Shown here piece by piece: positions 62,916-64,000 of a stretch of 64,000 bases of DNA; the stretch's first letter is position 1; every line of letters begins with the position of its first letter. The notes under the pieces are model-generated. The model was not told the origin of the DNA. It searched no databases and saw only the letters and a program-made list of their open reading frames with translations. The DNA comes from Haplodiscus bocki (Eukaryota): positions 91,946,001-92,010,000 of the forward strand of contig OZ296652.1 of NCBI GenBank assembly GCA_965655095.1, given 5' to 3'. The translations under genes and the position numbers were made by a program.

Positions 62916-64000
62916 TTCGCGGCGGACAGAGGTGCAGCGCCGACTTGCATGTTCTCAGCCTGTTAATTTAGTTTTTGTCCATGATTTTTGAAAAGGAAAA
63001 CAGTCACTTCAGTTGTGCATTTTCCTCTTTTCCAGAATTTGCGAATCTCACGCCGATTTCGTGTTGCAGATTCATTAGTCTCCTCTAAATTACATTTGTG
63101 AGGCGTCACCGCAGCTTGGTAGCCCCAACCTGGAACGAACCAATTCATTTACAAGCTGGTTTCATGTTCCCTGAAATTTTATGTTCGGATCTTTTTGTTC
63201 CATAGTACAGTTATTTCCTATAAATTTTAGGGTTTTTTAGGGTTCCGAAATGAATCCATTTTCTAACATAAATTCCAGATTTAGGAAAATTGGGCAAAAT
63301 GTGAACCTTTTAATCTTTTTCAACTATCCGAAGTTCAAGTCTTCATTTTATAAATTGAACTCCGTTTTGAAAATTTGAATTGTTTTCCATTGGAAACTCC
63401 TCGAGTACCTCTAAACCGTTTTCGTATCTAGGCTTCAATCAAAATAGGCAAATCGTGAGCTTTTACGGAACACGTCGTTTTATAGTCCTAAGAGTCGGAC
63501 GAGGAGTAAAACTTTTATTGTGCATTTTGTTCTCGAACTCTTTCCTCGGAAACGACCAAATGGAATTCTTCTATGAAGGTCGCAATGGACAATTTGCCAC
63601 CAGTGAAGTTTTTTTGTTATGGAAAAGCTGGAATTCGTGACCATGAATAATTATGTCAAAACTTCTGGGACTGTTATTTTTCTAAATCGAAATTCAAACC
63701 TGAGTTCTGTGAAAACTACCTGCTGGTTTTGAGCCATCAAAGTCTCGCTCGACTTTTGTCACTCTGTAAAGGGGTATTCATGAAAGAAGTTTTTGCTATT
63801 TGGTTTTTGTATTAGAAACCCTTGTGACCTAAATTAGCGAGAACTGCGTGTACGTATGTTTAAGCTTGATAAACTAATTTATCTTCCAAACTGTTTGCTC
63901 TAGCTGTTCCATCGATGTTTCGATCGAATTTCCTACTTGCAAAGCGTCCGTCGACAACAATATCTTCGGTGCCGGTTCTTCCAAGTTGTTTGGAGTTAGC

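Overview
AT-rich, repeat-dense eukaryotic (most likely invertebrate animal) genomic DNA with one 200-N scaffolding gap (29600-29799). There are no intact long ORFs. The first half holds two heavily decayed copies of a Polinton/Maverick-adintovirus-type endogenous DNA virus. Element 1 (~1-6300) retains a Zn-ribbon/amphipathic protein, two minor-capsid paralogues, an adenain protease, an HTH protein and a Zn-finger protein. Element 2 (~18300-29599) retains a hydrophobic protein, major capsid, A32 ATPase, the same Zn-ribbon protein, minor capsid, adenain and protein-primed PolB. No integrase was recognised in either. Between and after them lie an L1/Tx1-type RT relic, Helentron-type non-autonomous elements, tRNA-derived Pol III cassettes, MITEs (one with a perfect 9-bp TSD), decayed satellites and a ~410-bp GC-rich palindrome with a branched Y-shaped centre. 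The second half carries a phase-consistent chain of at least six minus-strand exons of an unidentified host gene. All protein calls rest on manual translation across stops and frameshifts and on recalled family motifs; no database search was run.
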